Source: an uncultured Candidatus Rokubacteria bacterium
GTDB taxonomy: Bacteria > Methylomirabilota > Methylomirabilia > Rokubacteriales > CSP1-6
Reading direction: 5' to 3'
Length of the DNA stretch: 64,000 nt
Assembly (NCBI GenBank): GCA_963758635.1
Contig: CAVWWD010000008.1
Location: 1,088,001-1,152,000, forward strand
Part shown: positions 21,164 through 33,481 of the stretch, one piece after another
Numbering within the stretch: the stretch's first letter is position 1
Layout of the letters: each line of letters opens with the position of its first letter
The notes under the pieces: model-generated
What the model saw: only the letters and a program-made list of their open reading frames with translations
Told to the model about the DNA's origin: nothing
Databases searched by the model: none
Program-made: the position numbers and the translations under genes

Positions 21164-21760
21164 ATGAAAGCTAAATGGACCGTGGCGATCGTGGATGATC
21201 ATGCGCCGTCGCGGGCGGCGACGGCAGAGGCGGTGACCGCTCGGGGGGGCCTCGTGGTGGGCAACGGCAGCCACGCGGAGGACGCGCTCGGGCTGGTCGA
21301 GCGGTTTCGGCCGGACGTGCTGATCACGTCGATGGGGCTGCCGGACGGCGACGGCGTGGAGGTGGCGCGGAGGGTGATGGCCGCCGGGTGCCCGGTCGTC
21401 CTTCACACGAGCCACGCCGCGCCCGAGGTGTCCGCGCGCGCGGCCGAGGCGGGCGTGGTGGGCTTCCTCGTCAAGCCGCTCCGCGCCGAGGAGCTCGGGC
21501 CCACCCTCGACCTTGCGGTGTCGCGCTTCCGCGAGCGGGAGGCGCTGCGCCAGGAGAACGAGAGCCTCCGGCGCACGCTCGAGGCCCGGAAGCTGATCGA
21601 GCGGGCCAAGGGTGTCCTCATGCAGCGCCTCGGCCTGAGCGAGCCGGAGGCCTTCCGCAAGATCCAGAAGACCGCGATGGACACGCGCCGCCCCATGACC
21701 GAGGTCGCCCAGGCGTTGCTCCTCACGGAGAAGATGGCGCCGGCCCGGCCCGCGCGCTGA
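21164..21760 (+). CDS. ANTAR-domain regulator with pseudo-receiver (AmiR/NasT-like)
   Basis: LEARKLIERAKGVLMQRLGLSEPEAFRKIQKTAMD is an ANTAR domain; in the REC domain LITSMGLP has Ser at the phospho-Asp position. Confidence 0.92.
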   Translation: MKAKWTVAIVDDHAPSRAATAEAVTARGGLVVGNGSHAEDALGLVERFRPDVLITSMGLPDGDGVEVARRVMAAGCPVVLHTSHAAPEVSARAAEAGVVGFLVKPLRAEELGPTLDLAVSRFREREALRQENESLRRTLEARKLIERAKGVLMQRLGLSEPEAFRKIQKTAMDTRRPMTEVAQALLLTEKMAPARPAR

Positions 21761-21811
21761 CGTCCCGGCCGGCGCGCCGCGAACGGTCGCGGCCGCCGGC
21801 CGCGGATCATC

Positions 21812-21937
21812 TGCCGACTTGTTGGGCAGGCCGGCGTCCCTGCCTAGAACGCAGGCACAGCGGCGGGTCTCGAGCTGGCCTGCCTCTCGCTCAAACCAGC
21901 GAAAACCCTGAACCAAGGGAGAGGCACGGGCATTGCT
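21812..21937 (+). promoter_or_regulatory. Sigma54 promoter of the urt/ure operon with two 17-bp boxes
   Basis: GAGGCACGGGCATTGCT (21921..21937); TGCCGACTTGTTGGGCA (21812) and TGCCTAGAACGCAGGCA (21841). Confidence 0.82.
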
Positions 21938-22036
21938 CTGCCCTCTCGATTGGCGTTCCGAGACATCGAGGTCCGGAGCGACCGGCGCCGCGGCCGGGAC
22001 TGGCGTTAACCGTTCATCCCGGAAAGGAGACGCAGC

Positions 22037-23332
22037 ATGCAGGGTTACTCACGCAGGGAGTTCCTCAAGACCGCCTCCGCGGTAGGCGTCGGCGCGGCGG
22101 CTGGCCTCGGCTTTCCGGCCGTGCTCCGCGCCCAGGCCGGGCCCATCAAGGTGGGCGTCCTCCACTCGCTGTCGGGCACGATGGCGATCAGCGAGGTGTC
22201 CCTCCGCGACGTCGTGCTGATGGCCGCGGAGGAGATCAACGGCAAGGGCGGCGTCATGGGCCGGAAGATCGAGCCCGTGGTGGTGGATCCCGCCTCGAAC
22301 TGGGACCTGTTCGCGGAAAAGGCCAAGCAGCTCCTCCTGCAGGACAAGGTCTCGGTGGTGTTCGGGTGCTGGACGTCGGTGAGCCGCAAGTCCGTGCTGC
22401 CGGTGTTCGAGAACAACAACGGCCTGCTCTTCTACCCCGTGCAGTACGAGGGCGAGGAGTGCTCGAAGAACGTGTTCTACACCGGGGCCACGCCGAACCA
22501 GCAGCTGATCCCGGCCGCGGAGTACCTGATGTCGAAGGAGGGCGGCGGCTACAAGAAGTTCTACCTGCTCGGCACGGACTACGTGTTCCCGCGCACCGCG
22601 AACAAGATCCTGCGGGCGTTCCTCCTCGCCAAGGGCATCCCCGCGGATTCCATCGCCGAGGAGTACACGCCGTTCAACCATCAGGACTATCAGACGATCG
22701 TCGGCAAGATCAAGCGCTTCGCCTCCGGCGGCAACGCGGCCGTGCTCTCCACCATCAACGGCGACTCGAACGTGCCCTTCTACAAGGAGTTCTCGAACCA
22801 GGGGCTCCGCAGCGAGAACGCGCCGATCATGGCCTTCAGCGTGGCCGAGGACGAGCTGCGCGGCATGGACACCTCCGCGCTCGTCGGCCACCTCGCGGCG
22901 TGGAACTACTACCAGTCGGTGGACAATCCCGGGAACAAGAAGTTCGTCCAGGCGTTCAAGGCCTACGCGAAGAAGGCCAACCTGCCCGGCGGCGACAAGC
23001 GCGTCACCGACGATCCGATGGAGGCGGCGTACTTCGGCGTCTACATCTGGAAGCAGGCGGTGGAGAAGGCCAAGTCCACCGAGGTCGACGCCGTCCGCAA
23101 GGCGGTGTACGGCCAGGAGTTCGTGGCCCCGGGCGGCAAGATCAAGATGGACGAGGCCAACCACCACACCTACAAGCCGGTGCTGATCGGCGAGATCCTC
23201 AAGGACGGCCAGTTCAAGGTCGTCTCCCGCTCCAAGGGCCTCGTGAGGGCCGAGCCGTGGAGCCAGTACACGAGCCCCGACAAGGGCTGCGACTGGGTGA
23301 AGCAAAAGGGCACATACCAGAAGAAGGCCTGA
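22037..23332 (+). CDS. urtA: Urea ABC transporter substrate-binding protein (Tat signal)
   Basis: SRREFLK; IKVGVLHSLSGTMAISE, FGCWTSVSRKSVLP, YPVQYEG and GTDYVFPRT motifs. Confidence 0.96.
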   Translation: MQGYSRREFLKTASAVGVGAAAGLGFPAVLRAQAGPIKVGVLHSLSGTMAISEVSLRDVVLMAAEEINGKGGVMGRKIEPVVVDPASNWDLFAEKAKQLLLQDKVSVVFGCWTSVSRKSVLPVFENNNGLLFYPVQYEGEECSKNVFYTGATPNQQLIPAAEYLMSKEGGGYKKFYLLGTDYVFPRTANKILRAFLLAKGIPADSIAEEYTPFNHQDYQTIVGKIKRFASGGNAAVLSTINGDSNVPFYKEFSNQGLRSENAPIMAFSVAEDELRGMDTSALVGHLAAWNYYQSVDNPGNKKFVQAFKAYAKKANLPGGDKRVTDDPMEAAYFGVYIWKQAVEKAKSTEVDAVRKAVYGQEFVAPGGKIKMDEANHHTYKPVLIGEILKDGQFKVVSRSKGLVRAEPWSQYTSPDKGCDWVKQKGTYQKKA

Positions 23333-23345
23333 TCGCCTAAAACCG

Positions 23346-25029
23346 ATGTTCCGGGCGCTCGCGGTCCTGTTGATGCTCGCGCTGCTGCCGGGGTCCTTCG
23401 GGGCCCCGGCGGCGGCGGCCGCTCCCGCCGATCTCGACAAGCTGCTCGCCGACGTGGCGAGCAAGGATGCCGGGGTCCAGGAAGCGGCCGCCACCGCGCT
23501 GGGCAAGACGGGCGACCGCAAGATCCTGCCCTTGCTCGAGGCCCTGCGCGAGGGCAGCGTCTACGCGCGGGCGCTGCCGGGGGGCAAGAAGGAAACGGTC
23601 ATCGCCGGCGACAAGGTGACCGAGGGTGACAAGACGCTCGTACCGCTCTTCTCCGCCTACGGCCGCGAGGCGATCGTGGGGCCGGACGGCAAGCCGCTGC
23701 TCGTGGAGCTGTCGTCGCTGGAGGACGTGCCCGCGGGCCGGAGCCTTCGTCTCGCCCTCCGTCCGCTGATCGACGCGTTCTCGGGTCGGAACGACCTCGC
23801 CAACCCGGATCCCGCCGTGCGCAAGGGCGCGGCGGTGAAGATGGGACACACCGCGCGACGCGTCGGCGCTGCCGACGCTCGAGGCCGCCCTCGCCAAGGA
23901 AACCGACCGCTGGGCCCGCACCGGGCTCGAGGAGGCCATCGCGCTGGTGCGGCTTCGCACCGGCACCGACCAGGAGCGCGTGGCCGCGGCCCGGCGGCTC
24001 GGCGAGCTCGCCGGCGCCAACGGCCTCGACCGCCTCCGGGAGCTGGGAGCGGACGCGCAGACACCGGCGCCGCTGCGCGACACCGCGCTCACCGCGGTCA
24101 AGCGGATCGAGCGCTGGGGCCTCCTGACCCAGGCCATCGAGGTGGTATTCCAGGGACTGTCGCTGTCGTCGATCCTGCTCCTGATGGCCCTGGGCCTCGC
24201 CATCGTGTTCGGGCTGATGGGCGTGATCAACATGGCCCACGGCGAGCTCATGGCGCTCGGCGCCTACACGACGTTCGTGGTGCAGGGCTGGTTCACCGCC
24301 CACGCCCCCGGCGTCTTCGACTACTACTTCCTGGTGTCGCTGCCCGTGTCGTTCCTCGTCGCGGGCACGGTGGGGTTCGTGCTGGAGCGCTGCGTGATCC
24401 GGTTCCTGTACGGCCGCCCGCTCGAGACCCTGCTCCTCACGTGGGGCGTGAGCCTGATCATCCAGCAGGGGCTGCGCCTCTGGTTCGGCGCCGCCAACGT
24501 GGACGTGACCGCGCCGCGGTACCTGTCCGGCGGCATCCCCGTGATGGTGGGCGTGCAGCTCCCGTACAACCGGATCTTCATCATCGGGCTCGCCGCGGCG
24601 TGCGTGGTCGGCATGTACGTCCTGCTCTTCCGGACCGACGCGGGGCTCCGCATCCGGGCGGTCACGCAGAACCGCGCGATGGCCGCGTGCCTCGGCGTGC
24701 GCGCGCGCTGGGTGGACGCGGGCACGTTCGCGCTCGGCGCGGGGCTCGCCGGCCTCGCCGGGTGCGCCATCACCCAGATCGGCAACGTGGGGCCGGAGCT
24801 CGGCCAGAACTACATCGTCGACTCGTTCATGGTGGTCGTGACGGGGGGCGTGGGCAAGCTCCTGGGAAGCATCATCGCAGCCACCGGCATCGGCGGGCTC
24901 AACAAGATCATCGAGCCCGGCCTCGGCGCGGTGTTCGGCAAGGTCCTCATCCTGGTCCTCGTGATCGTCTTCATCCAGCGCCGGCCGTCGGGCCTGTTCG
25001 CGACCAAGGGGCGCTATGCCGACTCGTGA
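23346..25029 (+). CDS. urtB: Urea ABC permease with N-terminal HEAT-like periplasmic domain (frameshift near 23860)
   Basis: GLAIVFGLMGVINMAHGE, YGRPLETLLLTWG and FIQRRPSGLF motifs. Confidence 0.93.
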
Positions 25030-26142
25030 GCGGTGGGCGCTCCTCGCCGGCGCCCTGCTCCTGGTGGTGGCGCTGCCCGCGCTCAACGCGCTGCCCCCCG
25101 GGTCGCCCTTCCGCGTGTCCGACTTCACGCTGAACCTGTTCGGCAAGTTCCTCGCCTACGCCATCCTCGCCCTCGGCATCGACCTGATCTGGGGCTACGC
25201 CGGGGTGCTCTCGCTGGGGCAGGGCGTGTTCTTCGGGCTCGGGGCCTACGCGATGGGCATGCACCTCATGCTGGAGATCGGCACCCAGGGCGTGTACCGG
25301 AACGCGCTGCCCGACTTCATGGTGTGGAACCAGGTGAAGGAGCTGCCGCTGTTCTGGCGCCCCTTCTTCAGCGGGCCGTTCACGCTCGTCGCGGTGGTGG
25401 CGGTGCCGGCGGCGGTGGCCTTCGTCTTCGGGTACTTCACGTTCCGGAGCCGGATCAAGGGCGTCTACTTCTCGATCATCACGCAGGCCCTGGCCCTGTC
25501 CGCGTGGCTCCTGTTCAACCGGAACGCGCTGAACCTGGGCGGCACCAACGGGCTGTCCGGCTTCAAGACCGTCTTCGGGTTCACCCTGAACAGCGCGGCG
25601 ACCCAGCGCGGCCTCTACGTGGCCACGGCCCTCTGCCTCTGCGGGGCGTATCTCCTCTGCCGGTGGATCACGCGGTCGCCCGCCGGAAGAGTGCTGATCG
25701 CCATCCGCGACAGCGAGACGCGCGTCCTCTTCTCCGGCTACTCCCCGGCCGCCTTCAAGGTGTTCGTGTTCGTGGTCGCGGCGGGCCTCGCCGGCGTCGC
25801 CGGCGCGCTCTACGTGCCCCAGGTGGGCATCATCACGCCGGCCAAGATCGGCGTGCTGCCGTCGATCGAGATGATCATCTGGGTGGCCGTGGGCGGGCGC
25901 GGCACGCTGATCGGCGCGGTGATCGGCGCCATCGGGGTGAACTGGCTCCAGTCCATCCTGACCACGTCCTACCCCGACCTCTGGCTCCTCGTGCTGGGCA
26001 GCCTCTTCGTCGGCGTCGTCCTGTTCTTTCCGGACGGTGTGGCCGGCGCGGCGCGGCGGGTCGGGGGATGGACACGCCGCCTGGCTCGCCCGGGCGCGGC
26101 ACGCCCCGGAGCCGTGCCGAGCCGCGAGCGCGGAATGACGTC

Positions 26143-26146
<4 letters not shown>
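25016..26146 (+). CDS. urtC: Urea ABC permease
   Basis: DLIWGYAGVLSLG, LPDFMVW, RIKGVYFSIITQA, GGTNGL and WVAVGGRGTL motifs. Confidence 0.95.
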
Positions 26147-26917
<771 letters not shown>

Positions 26918-26925
<8 letters not shown>

Positions 26926-27670
26926 GCCGGCGGTCCGACCGGACGCGCACCCGTCGCCGGGCAGCATGCTCGACATCCAGGGCGTGAGCGCGGCCTACGG
27001 CGAGAGCCAGATCCTCTGGGACGTCTCCCTCCAGGTGCCGGCGGGCACCGTGGTCTGCCTCATGGGCAGAAACGGCGTCGGCAAGACCACGCTGCTGAAG
27101 ACCGTGATCGGGCTCCTGCCGAGCACGGCCGGCCGCATCACGTTCGACGGGACCGACCTGTCCCGCCGGCGCCCCGAGGAGCGCGCGGCCTGCGGCATCG
27201 GCTACGTGCCCCAGGGGCGCGAGATCTTCCCGAACCTCACCGTGGCGGAGAACCTGCGCGTCGGCCTCGTGGGCACCGGCGGGCCGAAGCGCGGGGCGTC
27301 GCGCGACGGCCTCGGCAAGGCCTTCGCGCTGTTCCCCAAGCTCGAGACCCTCCTCGGCCGGAAGGGCGGCGTGCTCTCGGGCGGCGAGCAGCAGCAGCTC
27401 GCGATCGCCCGCGTGCTCCTGCGCGAGCCGAAGCTGCTCCTCCTGGACGAGCCCACGGAGGGGATCCAGCCCTCGGTGATCCTCCAGATCGAGGAGGCGA
27501 TCCAGCGCATCAAGGAGAGCGGGATCGCCGTGCTCCTCGTGGAGCAGTACCTCGAGTTCGCCTGGCGGCTCGCGGACTCCTACGCGATCATGCGCAAGGG
27601 CAGCATCGTCTCGCGCGGAGCGACGGCCGACCTCCGCCACGACATGGTGCGCGAGCACTTGACCGTCTGA
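26918..27670 (+). CDS. urtE: Urea ABC ATP-binding protein
   Basis: [32 protein letters not shown] and DEPTEGIQP motifs. Confidence 0.95.
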
Positions 27671-27692
27671 CCGCGTCTGCCCAGGGAGGGCT

Positions 27693-27761
27693 ATTCATGA
27701 GCGGGCTCACCGGACGTACACGCTGTTCACGATCCGTCTCCGTTCGCGGATGATGCGGCCG
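27693..27761 (+). repeat. Repeat family D copy 1 (~68-bp hairpin)
   Basis: CGGGCTCACCGGACG.ACACGCTGTTC...CCGTTCGCGGATGATGCGG shared with 46465..46532. Confidence 0.8.
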
Positions 27762-27788
27762 ACATCGGATCGCTCCAGGACCGAGGCC

Positions 27789-28091
27789 ATGCACCTGACA
27801 CCGCGCGAGCAGGACAAGCTCCTCATCTTCGTCGCCGCCGAGGTGGCGCGCCGCCGCCGCGCGCGCGGCCTCAAGCTCAACTATCCCGAGGCCCTCGCCC
27901 TCATCACCGCCGAGGTCCTCGAGGGCATCCGCGACGGGCGCTCCGTCTCCGACCTCATGGCCTGGGGCGTCACCATCCTCACCCGCGCCGACGTGATGGA
28001 GGGCGTGCCCGAGATGCTCGAGGAGGTCCAGGTCGAGGGCACGTTCCCCGACGGCACCAAGCTCGTGACCATACACGGTCCGATCCGATGA
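27789..28091 (+). CDS. ureA: Urease gamma subunit
   Basis: [20 protein letters not shown] and [16 protein letters not shown] motifs. Confidence 0.97.
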   Translation: MHLTPREQDKLLIFVAAEVARRRRARGLKLNYPEALALITAEVLEGIRDGRSVSDLMAWGVTILTRADVMEGVPEMLEEVQVEGTFPDGTKLVTIHGPIR

Positions 28092-28108
28092 GGGGACCGG
28101 CCGATGAC

Positions 28109-28279
28109 GGGACACGGGCTCGACCATCACCATATGCGGGGCCCGATGGCCCCGCGGTCACGCGGGAGAGACGGGCCTGCCGATCACCATCTGCGGGGGC
28201 CCAGAAATGGCCCCCGCATCCACCCGGGGAGACGGGCTGCCGACCCATCGCGGGGGCCCGATGCCCCGCAGGGGACACG
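28109..28279 (+). repeat. Three tandem ~57-bp imperfect repeats, each with a GC hairpin
   Basis: Unit GGGA(G/C)ACGGGC...CCAT..GCGGGG(G)CCC.ATG(G)CCCC(C)GC between ureA and ureB. Confidence 0.75.
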
Positions 28280-28292
28280 CGTGAGGAGGCGG

Positions 28293-28673
28293 ATGATTCC
28301 GGGTGAGTACCTGCTGGGGGAGGGGGACATCGAGGCCAACGCGGGGCGGCGGACGATCCGGCTCAGCGTGGCGAACACGGGGGACCGGCCGATCCAGGTG
28401 GGGTCGCACTTCCACTTCTTCGAGGCGAACCGCGCGCTCGTGTTCGATCGGACCCAGGCCTTCGGCATGCGGCTGGACATCCCCGCGGGCACCGCGGTGC
28501 GCTTCGAGCCCGGAGACGAGAAGCTCGTGAACCTGGTCGAGCTGGCCGGCGACCGCCAGGTGCACGGGCTCAACGCCCTCACCGAGGGCGGGGCGGGGAG
28601 CGGCGAGCTGTCCGCCGCGCTCGCGCGCGCCGCGGCGGGCGGCTTCGGCGGCGCCACGGGAGGCGCCCGGTGA
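28293..28673 (+). CDS. ureB: Urease beta subunit (possible upstream in-frame start at 28104)
   Basis: [23 protein letters not shown] and [14 protein letters not shown] motifs; GAGGAGG RBS. Confidence 0.97.
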   Translation: MIPGEYLLGEGDIEANAGRRTIRLSVANTGDRPIQVGSHFHFFEANRALVFDRTQAFGMRLDIPAGTAVRFEPGDEKLVNLVELAGDRQVHGLNALTEGGAGSGELSAALARAAAGGFGGATGGAR

Positions 28674-30385
28674 GCCTCCGCATCCCGCGCCGGCAATACG
28701 CCGACCTCTTCGGCCCGACCGTGGGCGACCGCGTGCGCCTGGCCGACACCGAGCTCCTGATCGAGGTGGAGCGCGACTTCACGGTCTACGGCGACGAGGT
28801 GAAGTTCGGCGGCGGCAAGGTGATCCGGGACGGCATGGGCCAGTCCGCGCGCGCCACGTCGGGCGAGGGCGTGCTCGACCTGGTGATCACGAACGCCCTC
28901 GTCCTCGATCACTGGGGCATCGTGAAGGGCGACATCGGCGTGCGCGGCGGCCGCATCGTCGCGGTGGGGAAGGCGGGCAATCCCGACGTGATGGCCGGCG
29001 TCACCGCCGGGATGGTCATCGGCGCCGCCACCGAGGTGATCGCGGGCGAGGGCCGCATCGTGACGGCGGGGGGCATCGACAGCCACATCCATTTCATCTG
29101 CCCGCAGCTCATCGACGAGGCGCTGTCCGCCGGCCTCACCACGCTGATCGGCGGCGGCACCGGCCCCGCCACCGGCACCAACGCGACCACGTGCGCGCCC
29201 GGCCCGTGGAACATCCATCGGATGCTCGAGGCGGCCGACGGCCTGCCGATCAACCTGGGCTTCCTCGGCAAGGGAAACGCCTCGCGCCCGGAGCCGCTAC
29301 GCGAGCAGGTGGAGGCCGGCGTCATCGGGCTCAAGCTCCACGAGGACTGGGGCACGACGCCGGCGGCCATCGACACCTGCCTGGCGGTGGCCGAGGAGAC
29401 GGACGTCCAGGTCGCCATCCACACCGACACGCTGAACGAGGCCGGCTTCGTGGAGGACTCCATCCGCGCGATGCGCGGGCGGACCATCCACACCTACCAC
29501 ACGGAAGGGGCGGGCGGCGGCCACGCCCCCGACATCCTCCGCGTGTGCGGCGAGCCGAACTGCCTGCCCTCGTCCACGAACCCCACGATGCCGTTCACCG
29601 TGAACACGATGGACGAGCACCTCGACATGCTGATGGTGTGCCACCACCTCAACCCGAGGATCCCCGAGGACCTCGCCTTCGCGGAGTCGCGCATCCGGGC
29701 GGAGACGATCGCCGCGGAGGACGTGCTGCACGACCTGGGCGCGATCAGCATGCTCTCCTCGGACTCGCAGGCCATGGGCCGCATCGCCGAGGTGATCTCG
29801 CGCACGTGGCAGACCGCCTCCAAGATGAAGACCCAGCGCGGAGCGCTGCCCGGCGACGGCCGGCACGACAACACGCGGGCCAAGCGCTACGTGGCGAAGT
29901 ACACGATCAACCCGGCCATCGCTCACGGCATCGCCCACGAGGTAGGCTCGATCGAGCCGGGGAAGCTCGCCGACCTCGTCGTCTGGAAGCCCGCCTTCTT
30001 CGGCGTGAAGCCCGAGCTCGTGCTCAAGGGCGGCCTCATCGTCACCGCGGCCATGGGCGACCCGAACGCCTCGATCCCCACGCCGCAGCCCGTCCGCTAC
30101 CGGCCCATGTTCGCGGCGTACGGCGGCGCGATCGCCTCGACCTCCGTCACGTTCCTGTCCCGCGCGGCCCACGCCGCCGGCCTCGCCGGACGCCTCGGGC
30201 TCAGGAAGCGCGTGAGCGTGGTGGCGGGCTGCCGCGGCCTGACCAAGGCGGCGATGATCCACAATGGGTACTGCCCGCGCATGGAGATCGACCCGGAGAC
30301 CTACGAGGTGCGCGCCGACGGCGAGCTCCTGCGCTGCGAGCCCGCGGCGTCGCTGCCGCTGGCCCAGCGCTACTTCCTCTTCTGA
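28670..30385 (+). CDS. ureC: Urease alpha subunit
   Basis: [42 protein letters not shown] and SDSQAMGR motifs. Confidence 0.99.
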   Translation: MSLRIPRRQYADLFGPTVGDRVRLADTELLIEVERDFTVYGDEVKFGGGKVIRDGMGQSARATSGEGVLDLVITNALVLDHWGIVKGDIGVRGGRIVAVGKAGNPDVMAGVTAGMVIGAATEVIAGEGRIVTAGGIDSHIHFICPQLIDEALSAGLTTLIGGGTGPATGTNATTCAPGPWNIHRMLEAADGLPINLGFLGKGNASRPEPLREQVEAGVIGLKLHEDWGTTPAAIDTCLAVAEETDVQVAIHTDTLNEAGFVEDSIRAMRGRTIHTYHTEGAGGGHAPDILRVCGEPNCLPSSTNPTMPFTVNTMDEHLDMLMVCHHLNPRIPEDLAFAESRIRAETIAAEDVLHDLGAISMLSSDSQAMGRIAEVISRTWQTASKMKTQRGALPGDGRHDNTRAKRYVAKYTINPAIAHGIAHEVGSIEPGKLADLVVWKPAFFGVKPELVLKGGLIVTAAMGDPNASIPTPQPVRYRPMFAAYGGAIASTSVTFLSRAAHAAGLAGRLGLRKRVSVVAGCRGLTKAAMIHNGYCPRMEIDPETYEVRADGELLRCEPAASLPLAQRYFLF

Positions 30386-30394
30386 GGCCGCTCC

Positions 30395-30856
30395 ATGCCT
30401 CAGGCCGACGTCGTCGTCGTCACCGCGCCCCGGGTGGCTCTCTCGCCGGAGGAGCTGACCGGCCGCGCGCGCGACTCGCTCCGTCTCACCTGGGAGGAGC
30501 GGCGCTGGACGCGCAAGCGCGTGGTCACGTCGGGCGGACGCGAGATCGCGCTCGCCCTTCCCACCGGCAGCCTCCTCCAGCCGGGCGACGTCCTCGCCGC
30601 GACCGAGAGCTGGTACCTCGTCGTGGAAGGCCGCCCCGAGCCGGTGCTCGCCGTGGTCCCGCGCGACCGCGACGAGGCCGTGCGCGTCGCCTTCGAGGTG
30701 GGCAACCGCCACTTCCCGCTCGCCGTCGACGGTGAGCGTCTGCTCGTGCCCGACGACACCGCGATGCGCCAGCTCCTCGACCGCCTGGGCGCGGCGTGGC
30801 AGCGCGAGGAGGCGGTGTTCAGCCCGATCGGCCGAAGCCCCCACGAGCATGGCTGA
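30395..30856 (+). CDS. ureE: Urease accessory protein UreE
   Basis: LTWEERR..R, LQPGDVL and AFEVGNRH motifs; only a short His tail (PHEHG). Confidence 0.9.
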   Translation: MPQADVVVVTAPRVALSPEELTGRARDSLRLTWEERRWTRKRVVTSGGREIALALPTGSLLQPGDVLAATESWYLVVEGRPEPVLAVVPRDRDEAVRVAFEVGNRHFPLAVDGERLLVPDDTAMRQLLDRLGAAWQREEAVFSPIGRSPHEHG

Positions 30857-31534
30857 CCCACGGCTGGCGTCGCTGCTTCACTTCGGTGACAGCGCGTTTC
30901 CGGCGGGCGGGTACGCGCACTCGCTGGGCCTCGAGTCGTACTGCGCCGACGGGCTCGTAACCGGGCCCGACGGCGTGCTGGCCTTCGTCACCTCGCACCT
31001 CGAGGGCTCGGCGGGGCCGTGCGACGCCACCGCCGCGTCGGCCGCGCTGGCCGCGGCCGCGCGCGGCGACATGGACGCGTGCGCGGAGCTGGACCGTGTC
31101 CTCGACGCCATGAAGCCCGCGCGGGAGCTCCGCGAGGCGAGCCGGCAGATGGGCCGTCAGACGCTCCGCGTGGGCGCCGCGCTCACCGGCGATCCGCGCC
31201 TGGCCGCGCATCGAGACGCGGTGGAGGGGGGCGCGCTGCCCGGGCACCACGCGGTGGCCTTCGGCGTGACGGGCGGCGTCCTCGGCTGGGAGCGCGAGGC
31301 CGCGGCCACCGCGCTGCTCTACTCGACGAGCGCGAGCCTCGTGGGCGCCGCGCTCCGGCTCTGCCGCATGGGTCAGCTCGACGGCCAGCGCGTGCTCTGG
31401 GCGCTCGGGCCCGTCATCTCGCGCCTCGCCGCGGAGGCGGCGCGTCGGGACGCCGACGATCTCTGGAGCTTCGCGCCGGGCATCGAGATCCGGAGCATGC
31501 GCCACGCCGCCCAGGACGCGCGTCTGTTCCGGTC

Positions 31535-31538
<4 letters not shown>
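30849..31538 (+). CDS. ureF: Urease accessory protein UreF
   Basis: [16 protein letters not shown] and REASRQMG motifs; C-terminal RH....RLFRS. Confidence 0.93.
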
Positions 31539-32179
<641 letters not shown>

Positions 32180-33028
32180 CGCCGCCTCCGCCCGCGTCGG
32201 CCGCGACGGCCTGCTGCGCCTCGGCTTCGAGCGCCGCGGCGAGCGGACGGTGCTCCACGAGCGCCGCTACCGGCTGCCGCTCCAGGCCCTCGAGCCGGTC
32301 GACCTCGACGGCGACGGCACGCTCACGCTGACGCTCCTGAACCCCACCGGCGGGATCTGCGGCGGCGACACGCTGGACACATGCGTCGTCCTCGGCGCGG
32401 GCAGCCGCGTCTGCCTGACCACGCCGGCGGCCTCGCGCGTCTATCGCACCGTGGGCCCGGCGGCCCGGCAGACCTTCGCCGCGTCGGTCGGCGACGGGGC
32501 GGTGCTCGAGTACGTTCCCGATCATCTGATCCCGTCGCCCGGGGCGCGGCTGGTGCAGCGCACGGACGTCGCCCTCGCGGATGGCGCCACGGCGATCCTG
32601 GTCGATGGCTGGGTGGCGGGGCGCATCGCGCGGGGTGAGCAGTGGCGGTTCGCCGAGCTCGACCTGGGAATCTCGGCGCGCGACGAGCGCGGCTGGCTCG
32701 TCCGCGAGCGCAGTGTGATCGCGGGGCGGCCGGACTGGGAGCGCCTCGGCGCGACCGACGGCCGTCCCTACGCCGGCACGCTGGTGGCCCTGTCGCCGGC
32801 GCGCACGGACTGGGACGATCTCACCGCCCGGCTCGGCGGGCTGCGCCTGGCGGGCGACGACGTGGTCCTCGGCGCGACGCCACTCGCGCGGGGAGGGGTC
32901 CTCGCGCGCGTGCTCGCGCGCACCGCGCCCGGCCTGCGCGCGTGCCTCGACGCGCTGTGGGCGGAGACCCGACGCTCTCTGCTCGGCCTGGGGCCGCTCG
33001 ACCTCAGGAAGCTCTGAGGTCCACGGGG

Positions 33029-33144
33029 TGCCCAAGCGGCAGGCTCCGATGCCTGGAGACTAGGCACCTCGGCGTCGCGCCGGCGGCTCGTCGTGACCGA
33101 ACCCCGTGATTTTCCGTCTCTGCCCGGACGGCACACGCGTTGCT
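33029..33144 (+). promoter_or_regulatory. Sigma54 promoter of the HTH-only gene with two 17-bp boxes
   Basis: ACGGCACACGCGTTGCT (33128..33144); TGCCCAAGCGGCAGGCT (33029) and TGCCTGGAGACTAGGCA (33050). Confidence 0.78.
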
Positions 33145-33166
33145 CCTGAGGACGTCGGACACGGCG

Positions 33167-33481
33167 ATGCCGAATGCTGGGACGGACGACTTCGACCGCC
33201 TGGTCGCCGCCTCGCTGCCCTGGGTGGTCCGCGAGAGCCTCGACCACGGCAGTGGGCGCATCTACCGCGCCGTCATGGCGCGCGTGGAGCTCCCATTGTT
33301 GCGCCACGTGCTCGAGCTGTCCGGCGGCAACCAGCTCAAGGCGGCGCGCCTGCTCGGCATCAACCGCAACACCCTCCGCAAGCGCCTCCGCCAGCTCGGC
33401 CTCCTCCCCACGCCCGTCGCACCACTAGCGCCCCCGACGCGCGACTGGCAGCCCTGCGCGCTGACCTCCGCGGGGTTCTGA
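33167..33481 (+). CDS. Stand-alone Fis/NtrC-type helix-turn-helix protein
   Basis: IYRAVMARVELPLLRHVLELSGGNQLKAARLLGINRNTLRKRLRQLG; no REC or AAA+ domain. Confidence 0.88.
   Translation: MPNAGTDDFDRLVAASLPWVVRESLDHGSGRIYRAVMARVELPLLRHVLELSGGNQLKAARLLGINRNTLRKRLRQLGLLPTPVAPLAPPTRDWQPCALTSAGF

Noticed and set aside
22008..22033. Glutamine (glnA-motif) riboswitch suggested by CGTTCATC...GGAA
   Set aside because: Too short, lacks the remaining stems, and overlaps the RBS.
28109..28279. CRISPR array
   Set aside because: The units are degenerate, have no unique spacers of constant length, and there are no cas genes in the window.
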